A stretch of DNA of 37,706 nt, from the IMG/VR virus record IMGVR_UViG_3300034170_000024, positions 66,117 through 103,822 of that record; one strand, given 5' to 3'. The notes under the pieces are model-generated. The model worked only from the letters and a program-made list of their open reading frames with translations, was not told the origin of the DNA and did no database searches. The DNA is from a virus. Its lineage: Duplodnaviria; Heunggongvirae; Uroviricota; Caudoviricetes. Positions within the stretch are counted from its first letter, which is position 1; every line of letters begins with the position of its first letter. Below are positions 25,172 to 33,606 of the stretch, one piece after another. The position numbers and the translations under genes are program-made.

Positions 25172-25363
25172 TTACGACATTTCCTTATGCATTTCAACTA
25201 ATGCAACAATCAATTCACTGACTTGCTTTTTGTTAAGCTCAATAGATTCACTGAAAGCTAGACCAGCAATGATACTTAAATCCAGATAGCTTTGCCCTTT
25301 TGAATAAAGTGAAACTTCCAACTCGTATTCATGCTTATCACTTAACCAATTTGATCGAATCAT
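25172..25363 (-). CDS. hypothetical protein
   Basis: ORF track. Confidence 0.65.
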   Translation of the reverse strand: MIRSNWLSDKHEYELEVSLYSKGQSYLDLSIIAGLAFSESIELNKKQVSELIVALVEMHKEMS

Positions 25364-25527
25364 TACAACATCTCTTCAATAAACGCATCAACTTCATCTT
25401 GATCTGTTGATGGTAGTGCATAAAGTAGTTCACGAAGGTCAGGTACAAGCATATTCAACTCACTGTGACTGTAACCAAGTGCTTTTGCTGCGTCTACTAC
25501 ATATTCTACTGCTTGATCCAAAGTCAC
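25363..25527 (-). CDS. acidic hypothetical protein (54 aa)
   Basis: Manually translated from GTG after GAGGAG: MTLDQAVEYVVDAA... Confidence 0.6.
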   Translation of the reverse strand: MTLDQAVEYVVDAAKALGYSHSELNMLVPDLRELLYALPSTDQDEVDAFIEEML

Positions 25528-25727
25528 AGTCCAAACTCCTCTTTCAATTCATCAACAAGATCATCGGCATGACGATCACAAAGTGCATTAAATAGCTTTG
25601 CAATTAGATTATCTGCTTTCTCAGCAATCATAACTGCTTCATCACGGCATTGATAAAAACTGTCATGATGGTCCCCATATGAAAAACAGTTAGCTGGAAT
25701 GTTGTCAATCCTTTCTGCAAATTTCAT
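25524..25727 (-). CDS. hypothetical protein
   Basis: ORF track; AGGAG RBS. Confidence 0.7.
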   Translation of the reverse strand: MKFAERIDNIPANCFSYGDHHDSFYQCRDEAVMIAEKADNLIAKLFNALCDRHADDLVDELKEEFGL

Positions 25728-25861
25728 TACTCATCTCCTTTAACTTGTCGCCAAGCTTTCCAAGCAGCTTTGTAATCTTCCCAAGCATCAATATTATGCC
25801 AGTCTTCTACGTATTTGTCATGTTTTATTAACATGTCTCTCAGAATTTCTTGTTTCGTCAC
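25727..25861 (-). CDS. hypothetical protein (44 aa)
   Basis: Manually translated from GTG: MTKQEILRDML... Confidence 0.55.
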   Translation of the reverse strand: MTKQEILRDMLIKHDKYVEDWHNIDAWEDYKAAWKAWRQVKGDE

Positions 25862-26058
25862 TACTCTTTCTCCATAAGATTAACTTCAATGAACTCAGGA
25901 TGATCGTCTAGTGTAAAGTTAGTCCAACTGTAACGCCAGTACCCATCATGCAGTTCGTAATCTTCGTAGTGTACACCACCTGAGTGGTATTTAGCAACTG
26001 GTTTCTTTCCGACTGTCGCATCTATTTTAGATTGCCATGTAACGATAGCACCACTCAT
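25861..26058 (-). CDS. hypothetical protein
   Basis: ORF track. Confidence 0.65.
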   Translation of the reverse strand: MSGAIVTWQSKIDATVGKKPVAKYHSGGVHYEDYELHDGYWRYSWTNFTLDDHPEFIEVNLMEKE

Positions 26059-26327
26059 TTCAGCTTACTCTCAACAAGTTCAGTCCAATGTGCACCACCA
26101 TTATAGTGATATGTTTCGAAGAATATGAAACCAGTTTCATCACATACGCGAATATTGTTGATCTGGTCAAGCTCTCCACGTTTAACTTCCCATTTCACTT
26201 CATAGATTTCACCGTCGATAACTTCATAACCGTTTTCACTGTATGTCTCATAATCATCTTCACTGAAGTTTTCAACATCGATGTTTGTTGGGATGAGAAC
26301 ACCCTTGTTATATTCCATCTCGCTCAT
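26055..26327 (-). CDS. acidic hypothetical protein
   Basis: ORF track. Confidence 0.7.
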   Translation of the reverse strand: MSEMEYNKGVLIPTNIDVENFSEDDYETYSENGYEVIDGEIYEVKWEVKRGELDQINNIRVCDETGFIFFETYHYNGGAHWTELVESKLK

Positions 26328-26494
26328 GAATTAAGTTCGTCATCGTATTCATACTGAGCTTGTTCAATTAGTGTGCTGATATCATCATCAACTACCCAAT
26401 TGAAACCAGCGAGCTTTGCTGATACACGTGCACATTCAAGATGTTTTATCATATCAACAAGTGCAATTTCACGAATCTCTTTTTGCGTAATCAT
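26324..26494 (-). CDS. hypothetical protein (56 aa)
   Basis: Manually translated MITQKEIREIAL...; AGGAG RBS, ATGA coupling. Confidence 0.65.
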   Translation of the reverse strand: MITQKEIREIALVDMIKHLECARVSAKLAGFNWVVDDDISTLIEQAQYEYDDELNS

Positions 26495-26642
26495 TTACTC
26501 ATCTCCTTAACGATTGTTTCCCAAGTTTTACCAGCCATGTAACTCTTCAGCAATTCTTTGTAATCTGTGATAGGCGTTTCAGTATTTGCCTTGATCTGAT
26601 TAACATACCACATCCAACAACCCACTGTTTCAACCGTTTTCA

Positions 26643-27116
26643 TTAGAACCCACCGAGTAGTTGAAGCTGCTTGCTGTATTTGTTGATACGTTTGGTATTA
26701 CCTTCTTTGATGCTATTCATCAAGTTGGCAGAAGTATCGCACAGTTTCACCTTACGCGCAAGAGCGTTAGTATTAATTCCTGCGATGTAATCATGGTACA
26801 GTTCACCTTCTACCTTTGTAATATAGGCAACTGCTGTAATAACATCATGACAAATACCAGCATCACGTAAGTCATCGTATGTTATATCAGTGTCTTCAAT
26901 GATATCGTGAAGGTAAGCAATTGCACGCAGACAATCCATTTCATCACCCGGTTCTTTCGAGTAAGGCTCAGAGTGAGTACGATCCTTGTTAGCATAAGCC
27001 TGTATTACAAGTTGATCGACTTGGATCAAATGATAGATATATGGAAACTCACCATACCTTTGGTCATTGTGTGCAACGGTAGCCAGTTCAACAGCGATCA
27101 TCAATTGTTCTTTCAT
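26643..27116 (-). CDS. HD-domain hydrolase, RelA/SpoT-hydrolase (Mesh1/SAH)-like
   Basis: AH..QRYG..PY..HL, AYLHDIIEDT, VKLCD..AN; start MKEQL after AAGGAG. Confidence 0.8.
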   Translation of the reverse strand: MKEQLMIAVELATVAHNDQRYGEFPYIYHLIQVDQLVIQAYANKDRTHSEPYSKEPGDEMDCLRAIAYLHDIIEDTDITYDDLRDAGICHDVITAVAYITKVEGELYHDYIAGINTNALARKVKLCDTSANLMNSIKEGNTKRINKYSKQLQLLGGF

Positions 27117-27180
27117 ATCTATCTCCTTGTTAAGTGCGACCAGTATATCAGAGTGGTAATGGGAGTCAAGCATTTATTTT

Positions 27181-27211
27181 AGACGAAGAAAAGCCCCGCA
27201 TTAGCGGGGCT
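27181..27211 (-). terminator. intrinsic terminator after NAMPT-like gene
   Basis: AGCCCCGC-taat-GCGGGGCT-tttcttc on minus strand. Confidence 0.85.
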
Positions 27212-27216
27212 CTCTA

Positions 27217-29019
27217 TTACAACTTGGACCGAATTGCTTCAATATTAGTTTGATTAAAGAATGAACCATTCAAGAATCGAATGCGAAGTTCGTTCTCTTC
27301 AGACTCTTCTTTTTCACGAGTAACATTGTCAGTAAGGAAATAATTACCAGTTTCATCCTTTCCAACAAACAACAATCCTTTTGCAGATTTCTTTTTAGAG
27401 TCCGTTTTAGGGTCTTTGAAAATTGGAATGTCCTTACCATCAACACGAGTAAATGTAGCTTTAACAGCGTGTCCAAATGTATCACGAGTCACACATTGGT
27501 AAGTGTAACTACCAACACCAAATACTGAGTTACCTGATGCGAAGTTCTTATCAAACAAACGAGTCAGGATTTCTTCACAACGACCAGTGGTAATCGAGTC
27601 TCCATAGATCAGTCCAATGTGATCATCCATCAGTTTGTGACCAGTGGAAGTTTCAGTGTATCCAAAGATATCCATCAATACTTCTACAGCACCTTTCTGC
27701 TCAACAGTAAGTTCAACATCAGATACACTGAAACCGTCGAGGGATTTCATATCATAATAACGACTATGTGTAACTTCACCGCTGATTCGAGCAATTACAC
27801 CATCTGAAGAACGAACAAAGAACTCGACTTCCTCACCACCTTCTAAATCCTGAACAAACTGATAACTGATATCCATGATCGAATCAGTAGCATCATCTGA
27901 CTGTTCTTCAATCTCTACAAAAGTATGTGGGCAGTCAATAACCTTCAAACCACAAATCACTTCAACTGGATCACCAGAATCTGGACGAATTACCAAGCGA
28001 CCGGGAGTTACGCCATTACCTTGACGACGCATAATCACGTCTTTCATGTAAAGTAGACCAATGCTGATCAGTGCCCAGAAGTCAAAACTGTCAGCAACAT
28101 ATGACAGAATACCAGTTGGGAACTTCAGCATCAGTTCATACATGAACATGATTTCAGCAATCAAACGAGGATCAACGTGATCCTTGCGCATATTTTCTTC
28201 AATGTTAACTTGTTCTTCATTTACAAAACGATAGTCACCATTGAGAAGTTCTTCTTCAATTCGCAGAATGTTACTTGTGCTTACAGCGTGTTCAGTTGCA
28301 GGAACAGAACATGCAACAAAGTTACCAGCACCGTAATACTGTTGCGCATACATTACAGAACCAAGGGAGTCGCTACCCAAGAAAGAAGTAATGTGACCAA
28401 AGCCAGAACGTGCCGCATCTTCAGGACCGGACATACCACGGTCAGCAAAGTTGTGAGCTTGAATCGCAAGCATCTCAAGTGGTGTACCAGTGCGAATTGC
28501 AAAGTCTTTCAACATAGCTTTGTATTCGGCGGCAATTGTTGCAGCAGTGGCTGGTTTCCAAGTCAAGTTGCTGATTACAGTTTCAAGGAAGTTTACCAAC
28601 CAGAAAGCGTGATCAACAGTGTTACGGATTGTCAGAACTGGAATGCCCATGTTTACTTTGGTGCCTTCTTCCAGAGTACGAATCTCCAGAGGAAGATAAC
28701 CAATGTCATGCAGCTTCGACAGACGATCAACGGTGATAATGTCAACACCGAAGTAGTTATCGCAAAGCAGTTTGAATCGTGCAAGTGCAATAGCTTTATC
28801 CATCTTAAAGAAGCTATCCCACATTTCAACCACTTCCATGATTGCACCTTGCATACCGACTACGACAAGTTTACCGTCGTAGTACTTTGTTGCTGTACGC
28901 TTGTAGATACGATCAGAACGTGGTGTCAGGTTGGACGATACTACTTCAGTACCATCTGCGTACATGTCAGGGTGACCGAGTTTATAACCATCAGACAAAA
29001 ATGCTGCAAAAAGATTCAT
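27217..29019 (-). CDS. nadV: nicotinamide phosphoribosyltransferase-like protein (candidate Namat of NARP1)
   Basis: SDGYKLGH, HNFADRG, VPATEHAV, SYVADSFD, VIRPDSGDP, LIYGDSIT, FGVGSY, KDPKTD..KKSAKG. Confidence 0.93.
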   Translation of the reverse strand: MNLFAAFLSDGYKLGHPDMYADGTEVVSSNLTPRSDRIYKRTATKYYDGKLVVVGMQGAIMEVVEMWDSFFKMDKAIALARFKLLCDNYFGVDIITVDRLSKLHDIGYLPLEIRTLEEGTKVNMGIPVLTIRNTVDHAFWLVNFLETVISNLTWKPATAATIAAEYKAMLKDFAIRTGTPLEMLAIQAHNFADRGMSGPEDAARSGFGHITSFLGSDSLGSVMYAQQYYGAGNFVACSVPATEHAVSTSNILRIEEELLNGDYRFVNEEQVNIEENMRKDHVDPRLIAEIMFMYELMLKFPTGILSYVADSFDFWALISIGLLYMKDVIMRRQGNGVTPGRLVIRPDSGDPVEVICGLKVIDCPHTFVEIEEQSDDATDSIMDISYQFVQDLEGGEEVEFFVRSSDGVIARISGEVTHSRYYDMKSLDGFSVSDVELTVEQKGAVEVLMDIFGYTETSTGHKLMDDHIGLIYGDSITTGRCEEILTRLFDKNFASGNSVFGVGSYTYQCVTRDTFGHAVKATFTRVDGKDIPIFKDPKTDSKKKSAKGLLFVGKDETGNYFLTDNVTREKEESEENELRIRFLNGSFFNQTNIEAIRSKL

Positions 29020-29053
29020 GTGTTTCTCCTAGTTGTTTTGTTAATGTGTTGCT

Positions 29054-29082
29054 ATTCTACTGTGATTAGAAACCACAGTCAA
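29054..29082 (-). promoter_or_regulatory. sigma70-type promoter for the NAMPT-like gene
   Basis: TTGACT-N17-TAGAAT on minus strand with TCTAAT in spacer. Confidence 0.7.
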
Positions 29083-29902
29083 CAATAATCGCACCAGTTT
29101 TATCACTGATATAGCTATTGCTTGTGAATACTTTGTCAAAATGATCCTTGACAACACCAACACCTTTGGTGAACAGACCGTGAGTCACAGCCAAATCCAA
29201 GCGAGATGGGTTGTATTTGCGAAGCTCTTGTGCTACACGAATGAAAGTACCGCCAGCATCAACCAAATCATCAAGTACCAACAAGTCAGCACCTACTGGA
29301 ACATCATCAATCACACGAAGACCAGTGATCTTGCTCTTGTTCGAAAAGTCACGTGTCTTAACACAAGTGATAACACCGGCTGCACCTACACGCTCTGCGA
29401 AGGATTCACACTTCTTGCTTGCACCTTGATCTGGGGCAACAATATACGTTTCACGGAAGCTCTGACGAACACCGTTAAAGATTTCATATTGATCGACTGT
29501 ATGGATACGATCAAAGCAAGCGAGTGTAGAGATACTGTGAGGGTCTACAACGACCACTGTTGCAAAGTCCATATCATTGATCATCTTACCAATTACTTTC
29601 AACTGGTGAGCCTCACCGGCGTTCACAGCACGATCCTGACGTGCATATGGTGTGTACGGCATGTGCAGATGAATGTTAGCAACAGGGAAGTGTTCACGCA
29701 ATGCACTTCTCACAAATGCGAGTGCAACAATATCATCGTTGATCGAAAAGCCTTCGCTACCGAAGATCAATGTGACAACTACGTTTGTAGCAGCGAAGTC
29801 AGATGGTTTTGAACCGATGTTAATATCAACACCAACGCAACCATCTGGAAATTTCCACTGATAAACAGTTGTTTGAACACCAGCTACGTTATACTTAATC
29901 AT
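29066..29902 (-). CDS. prs: ribose-phosphate pyrophosphokinase-like protein (candidate Adps of NARP1)
   Basis: FPDG, MPYTPYARQDR, DPHS, APDQGA, LVLDDLVDAGGTF, VTHGLF; start MIKYN after AAGGAG. Confidence 0.92.
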   Translation of the reverse strand: MIKYNVAGVQTTVYQWKFPDGCVGVDINIGSKPSDFAATNVVVTLIFGSEGFSINDDIVALAFVRSALREHFPVANIHLHMPYTPYARQDRAVNAGEAHQLKVIGKMINDMDFATVVVVDPHSISTLACFDRIHTVDQYEIFNGVRQSFRETYIVAPDQGASKKCESFAERVGAAGVITCVKTRDFSNKSKITGLRVIDDVPVGADLLVLDDLVDAGGTFIRVAQELRKYNPSRLDLAVTHGLFTKGVGVVKDHFDKVFTSNSYISDKTGAIIVDCGF

Positions 29903-30105
29903 TGTAGAACTCCTTCGATTGCTTTGCACTCATATTCTCTAAATGACCAATCACCTGATACTTTTGAATAACCATTATAATACCCATCATCCTCATTATC
30001 AAACTCTACGACAAGAGAAATAGTAACATGTTCACCGATTGAGAAACCATGATAGTGTTTATTATCTGTGATTTCAACAATATCACCTTCTTTAAATTTA
30101 AGCAT
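29899..30105 (-). CDS. small SH3/KOW-like hypothetical protein
   Basis: FKEGDIVEI...HGFSIGEHVTI. Confidence 0.65.
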   Translation of the reverse strand: MLKFKEGDIVEITDNKHYHGFSIGEHVTISLVVEFDNEDDGYYNGYSKVSGDWSFREYECKAIEGVLQ

Positions 30106-30337
30106 TTTCAACTCCAGTTACAAATTCAAGTTCATGAGGGAATACATACCAGTAATCATGTTCATCCATATATTCAGCACGAATGTGACCATCATCATCT
30201 GGTTCATCTACAATGATTCTAACGATTTCACCATCTTCAAAGAAGTGACCACTATCCAAATTGCGACCCAATAGTAATGCAATTTTACTCTGTTGTAGAA
30301 CGCGACAAATATCACCGTTTACAAATACATTTTTCAT
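30098..30337 (-). CDS. small hypothetical protein, similar to neighbour
   Basis: GDICRV...HFFEDGEIVRI..DDDG. Confidence 0.65.
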   Translation of the reverse strand: MKNVFVNGDICRVLQQSKIALLLGRNLDSGHFFEDGEIVRIIVDEPDDDGHIRAEYMDEHDYWYVFPHELEFVTGVENA

Positions 30338-30346
30338 TCTATCTCC

Positions 30347-31225
30347 TTAAAACTCAATGTATGGATCAGCTACTGCAATCACATTAGGGATGTGAAGTTC
30401 ATGCCAAAGACGAATCATCTGAGGACGGTCATCAACACAAGCGACAATGTTATACCTATGTGCGAGGTGTGTCCAGAAGATTTCTTCTTTTACAGCATTA
30501 TCTTTTCGGAAGTCACCATTCTTACGCATGTGCAAGGCATGCCAGTAGATACTACCGACGTGTTCATCAAGCCAAGCAGATGTTTCACCAACACAGATGT
30601 CATCACGACCTGAGCAGATGATGATAATGTAACCCATATCTGCATAGTTACGCAACATCTGAATTACAAAATCACGAGGTTTATCTTCACCTACACGTTT
30701 CCATTCGAAAGGACCACGCCCATTCATTTCAGCAATGGTTCCGTCAACATCAAAAATGATTGCCTTCGGAAGTGAAGTATCAGCTTCGTAAGTAACCCGA
30801 CCAACATAATCGTTATAGTCTTTGAATTGACGATAGATTACACCTTCACCAACACCATTTGCACGAAGACGGTCACGTTTGTATGCAGTATCTTGAGTCA
30901 CATGGAACTCTTTGATTTCAACAACGTAACCAAGGTCTTGAAGAGTCTTAATCAGGTTGATACGGCGACCGAAATTTAAGTTGGTATCGCTGATTACAAT
31001 GTTCTCACCACGAGCCCAACTTTCCATGATCATTTGTTCATGAATTTCTGTTACAGCTTTTTCGTTCTTGCCGTTGAACTTGTAGTTGCTCCAATTTGCA
31101 CCGGGACAAACGATATTGAATCGAATGTAATCCCGATTGATATCACGGAAACCTTGTTTTACAAGTTCATTCGCAAAAGTTGTTTTACCGCTAGCAGATA
31201 CACCAACCGTTACATAAGCTTTCAT
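30347..31225 (-). CDS. pseT: polynucleotide 5'-kinase/3'-phosphatase
   Basis: GVSASGKTT P-loop, NRD, then HAD DVDGT, SGR, RKDNAVK, VDDR. Confidence 0.93.
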   Translation of the reverse strand: MKAYVTVGVSASGKTTFANELVKQGFRDINRDYIRFNIVCPGANWSNYKFNGKNEKAVTEIHEQMIMESWARGENIVISDTNLNFGRRINLIKTLQDLGYVVEIKEFHVTQDTAYKRDRLRANGVGEGVIYRQFKDYNDYVGRVTYEADTSLPKAIIFDVDGTIAEMNGRGPFEWKRVGEDKPRDFVIQMLRNYADMGYIIIICSGRDDICVGETSAWLDEHVGSIYWHALHMRKNGDFRKDNAVKEEIFWTHLAHRYNIVACVDDRPQMIRLWHELHIPNVIAVADPYIEF

Positions 31226-32310
31226 TTAACATACTCCTTCAATACTTCCATTTGGTATGTATCACGTTGTGTTGCAAATGCTTCTGCAACTGGAATTTTT
31301 GCAGCACGAGCTTTAAACAATGCAGCACTGAATGGGAAGTTCTTAGCTACCAATGCAAATTCCTTTTGGTCTTCCTTTCCACGAATGACATCGTACACAC
31401 AATCCATGTGAATATCAAGCATACGCATTGCCTCGACATATGGAACAAACACATCACGGTCTTCAGGGAAGTAGGTGAGGTATTCATCTTGCTCGTTCAC
31501 CAAAACCAATTGCATGATTCGTTTTGGATTCAGTCCTTCACCACGGATATGGTGAACAGCAACATATGCTGGCGACTTGATCTTGGCAATAGGAACACCA
31601 TCTTGATAGATAACATAACCTTCGTCAAGGTCTTTCAGTTCACGAGCGGTACGCAGACATGCTTCTGGTGTATCAAAGCGATATTCTTTGATTTCGTGTG
31701 CACCAAACATCAATGCTTGTTCTTTCTCAGACTGAATATATTTACCTGACCAGTTAGAACGGCAAGCGAGGTAATGGAGTTTGTAACCTTCATAACGCTT
31801 AACTACACGGTTCTCAACGCTGGTAAGTTCAAGGATGTAAGTGAAGCCTTCCCAAAGGAAAGTATTACATTTACCTTGGAACTCGTAATCATTCTTTACA
31901 TCGAGTGCCTTCCAAACCAACTCTTGGAACGTAACATCATAACCCATGCATTCACTATCACCATACGCTGTACCCTTCGTGCTGATGTACCAGTGACCTT
32001 TGTGGCAGTAAATCTTAATCAGGCTACCATCAACCTTCTCGTAAGCCACAGCATTATCCCAATCAATCTCAGGCATTACATTCAATGCCTCACCGTAGTT
32101 GAAGAATCGATCAAATGAACGACTAACAACTTTCAACGTTTCAGCTTCCAGAATCAGAGAGCGACATTCCATAACAATTGGATCAGTCTTTGGGCTATCG
32201 ATCTGATTGTAGTTCAGAACAAGAAGATCATCTACTTTCTTTACACTGATTGCGAACACATTGGTCAGTGCTTCCAGACCGTTCTCTTTGATGAATTCGA
32301 TTACTTTCAT
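31222..32310 (-). CDS. rnlA: RNA ligase 1 (T4 Rnl1/gp63-like)
   Basis: LNYNQ, ECR.LI, FDRFFNYGE, EKVDGS, ELTS..NR.V, EGYV, KIKS..Y; adjacent to PNKP. Confidence 0.9.
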   Translation of the reverse strand: MKVIEFIKENGLEALTNVFAISVKKVDDLLVLNYNQIDSPKTDPIVMECRSLILEAETLKVVSRSFDRFFNYGEALNVMPEIDWDNAVAYEKVDGSLIKIYCHKGHWYISTKGTAYGDSECMGYDVTFQELVWKALDVKNDYEFQGKCNTFLWEGFTYILELTSVENRVVKRYEGYKLHYLACRSNWSGKYIQSEKEQALMFGAHEIKEYRFDTPEACLRTARELKDLDEGYVIYQDGVPIAKIKSPAYVAVHHIRGEGLNPKRIMQLVLVNEQDEYLTYFPEDRDVFVPYVEAMRMLDIHMDCVYDVIRGKEDQKEFALVAKNFPFSAALFKARAAKIPVAEAFATQRDTYQMEVLKEYVK

Positions 32311-32326
32311 TTTGTCTCTCACTTAT

Positions 32327-32542
32327 TTAGTTAGCTGTGCGTGGTTTAGGTGAACCATATATCAATGAAGAACATCCTGCAAGTGGGCAATTCAATGTTG
32401 ACCATGCACCATCTCGCTGGTAATCACCAGACTCGATTGCGTCTTCTTGTAGATACTCTACCTTTGTTTTGCATTTACTACAAGTACCATACCACTCACG
32501 TTGCGATGGAAGTTTACCGATACTAACAATCTTTACAGCCAT
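32327..32542 (-). CDS. small Zn-ribbon protein
   Basis: CSKC...CPLAGC. Confidence 0.7.
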   Translation of the reverse strand: MAVKIVSIGKLPSQREWYGTCSKCKTKVEYLQEDAIESGDYQRDGAWSTLNCPLAGCSSLIYGSPKPRTAN

Positions 32543-32551
32543 TCTTTTCTC

Positions 32552-32740
32552 CTATGACCAATATGGTACTGCTGGTTTATGATTGCATACAGGGCAATTG
32601 ATTCGTGAAACGCTATCACCACATCCTGTGTAATCACGTTCAACAGTAGTCACGATGTCGTTGAATTCGTACTCTAATACAGTTTTGCATTTGTAGCAAG
32701 TGGTTTGTTTGCTTCTTGCTTTCTCTACTACCCGTACCAT
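32552..32740 (-). CDS. small Zn-ribbon protein
   Basis: CYKC...CPVC; likely start MVRVVE after AGGAG. Confidence 0.7.
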   Translation of the reverse strand: MVRVVEKARSKQTTCYKCKTVLEYEFNDIVTTVERDYTGCGDSVSRINCPVCNHKPAVPYWS

Positions 32741-32768
32741 TTGTTCTCTCCTGTTTTTGATGTTGGTA

Positions 32769-32798
32769 ATTCTATAGGTATCGCGAAGGTATGTACAA
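32769..32798 (-). promoter_or_regulatory. sigma70-type promoter for the minus-strand block
   Basis: TTGTAC-N18-TAGAAT on minus strand. Confidence 0.6.
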
Positions 32799-32842
32799 TA
32801 GTATTTTACTATCATGATGATAAGATCAATAGAAATTATCAG

Positions 32843-32870
32843 TTGACATATTTGAAAATCACTGTATAAT
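32843..32870 (+). promoter_or_regulatory. sigma70-type promoter (divergent)
   Basis: TTGACA-N16-TATAAT. Confidence 0.7.
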
Positions 32871-32874
32871 AAAG

Positions 32875-33065
32875 CTTCTTAGAAGATGTTAAATCTTATA
32901 AGGTGATAACCTTATGAATTATATAGAGAATAGGTAAAGAGATAGATATAAAAGAAAGATAAAATATAGATGTTATCACATCTATTAAGAATATCTATTA
33001 TAAGATAATATCTTATAGAGTATTACTATTATAGGTTATCACCTATTAAAAGATCAAAAGCTTTA
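32875..33065. repeat. very AT-rich tract with three related inverted-repeat boxes
   Basis: ATAAGGT-gata-ACCTTAT, ATAGATGT-tatc-ACATCTAT, ATAGGT-tatc-ACCTAT. Confidence 0.65.
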
Positions 33066-33104
33066 AGAGCGCGTACACTTCTTTCCGATTGAGGAAAATA
33101 GTTG

Positions 33105-33132
33105 TTGACACTCAATCATTTGAGTGTAGAAT
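33105..33132 (+). promoter_or_regulatory. sigma70-type promoter
   Basis: TTGACA-N16-TAGAAT with ACACTCAA/TTGAGTGT inverted repeat. Confidence 0.75.
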
Positions 33133-33163
33133 GGATGACATCAAACGACATGTGAGAAACGAA

Positions 33164-33382
33164 ATGAAGAAGATAGAAGAACTAAGTTTGCTGTTTATCT
33201 ACAGTCTTACAGAGAAACGATTGAAAGGTGTTAAGACATCCTTGTATAAAATGCGTGAACGTGTAGGTTATACATGTAACTGCTGTAGAGAGTACCATGT
33301 GTTAGATAAAGAAGGTTTTGACATAATTGAGAAAAACATTAAGATGATCAGCATTCGACAAATGGAGATGAAATCAAAATGA
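33164..33382 (+). CDS. hypothetical protein
   Basis: ORF track 33089..33382 begins upstream of the promoter; likely start MKKIEE. Confidence 0.6.
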   Translation: MKKIEELSLLFIYSLTEKRLKGVKTSLYKMRERVGYTCNCCREYHVLDKEGFDIIEKNIKMISIRQMEMKSK

Positions 33383-33606
33383 ACGATGGCATTATGTATG
33401 TGTGGCAAGTGGTTGGGGATTATGACAACACTGTTCTGTTTACATGTGCTAGGCTTGAGACTGCTCAGTATCTGAGAGATTGGTGTCAAGCTGTAGAGAT
33501 GGACAACTGGAGAGATTCAGCAATAAAATGCAATATACCATACCACCCAATGTTGAGTGGGCATGAACAATTATTTGAGATTCAAGAGAGCGAGGTGATT
33601 TTGTGA
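33379..33606 (+). CDS. hypothetical protein
   Basis: ORF track; GGAG RBS. Confidence 0.7.
   Translation: MNDGIMYVWQVVGDYDNTVLFTCARLETAQYLRDWCQAVEMDNWRDSAIKCNIPYHPMLSGHEQLFEIQESEVIL

Noticed and set aside
22400-28000. Inteins in the ligase (about 45-aa insert) or NAMPT-like protein (about 90-aa acidic insert)
   Set aside because: No C/S-start and HN-C/S/T-end splice motifs or LAGLIDADG blocks; treated as ordinary loop insertions.
22300-29812. Long + strand ORFs (22300..23145, 28177..29088, 29141..29812 and others)
   Set aside because: Antisense shadows of ligase, NAMPT and PRPS genes; no RBS, motifs or promoter support.
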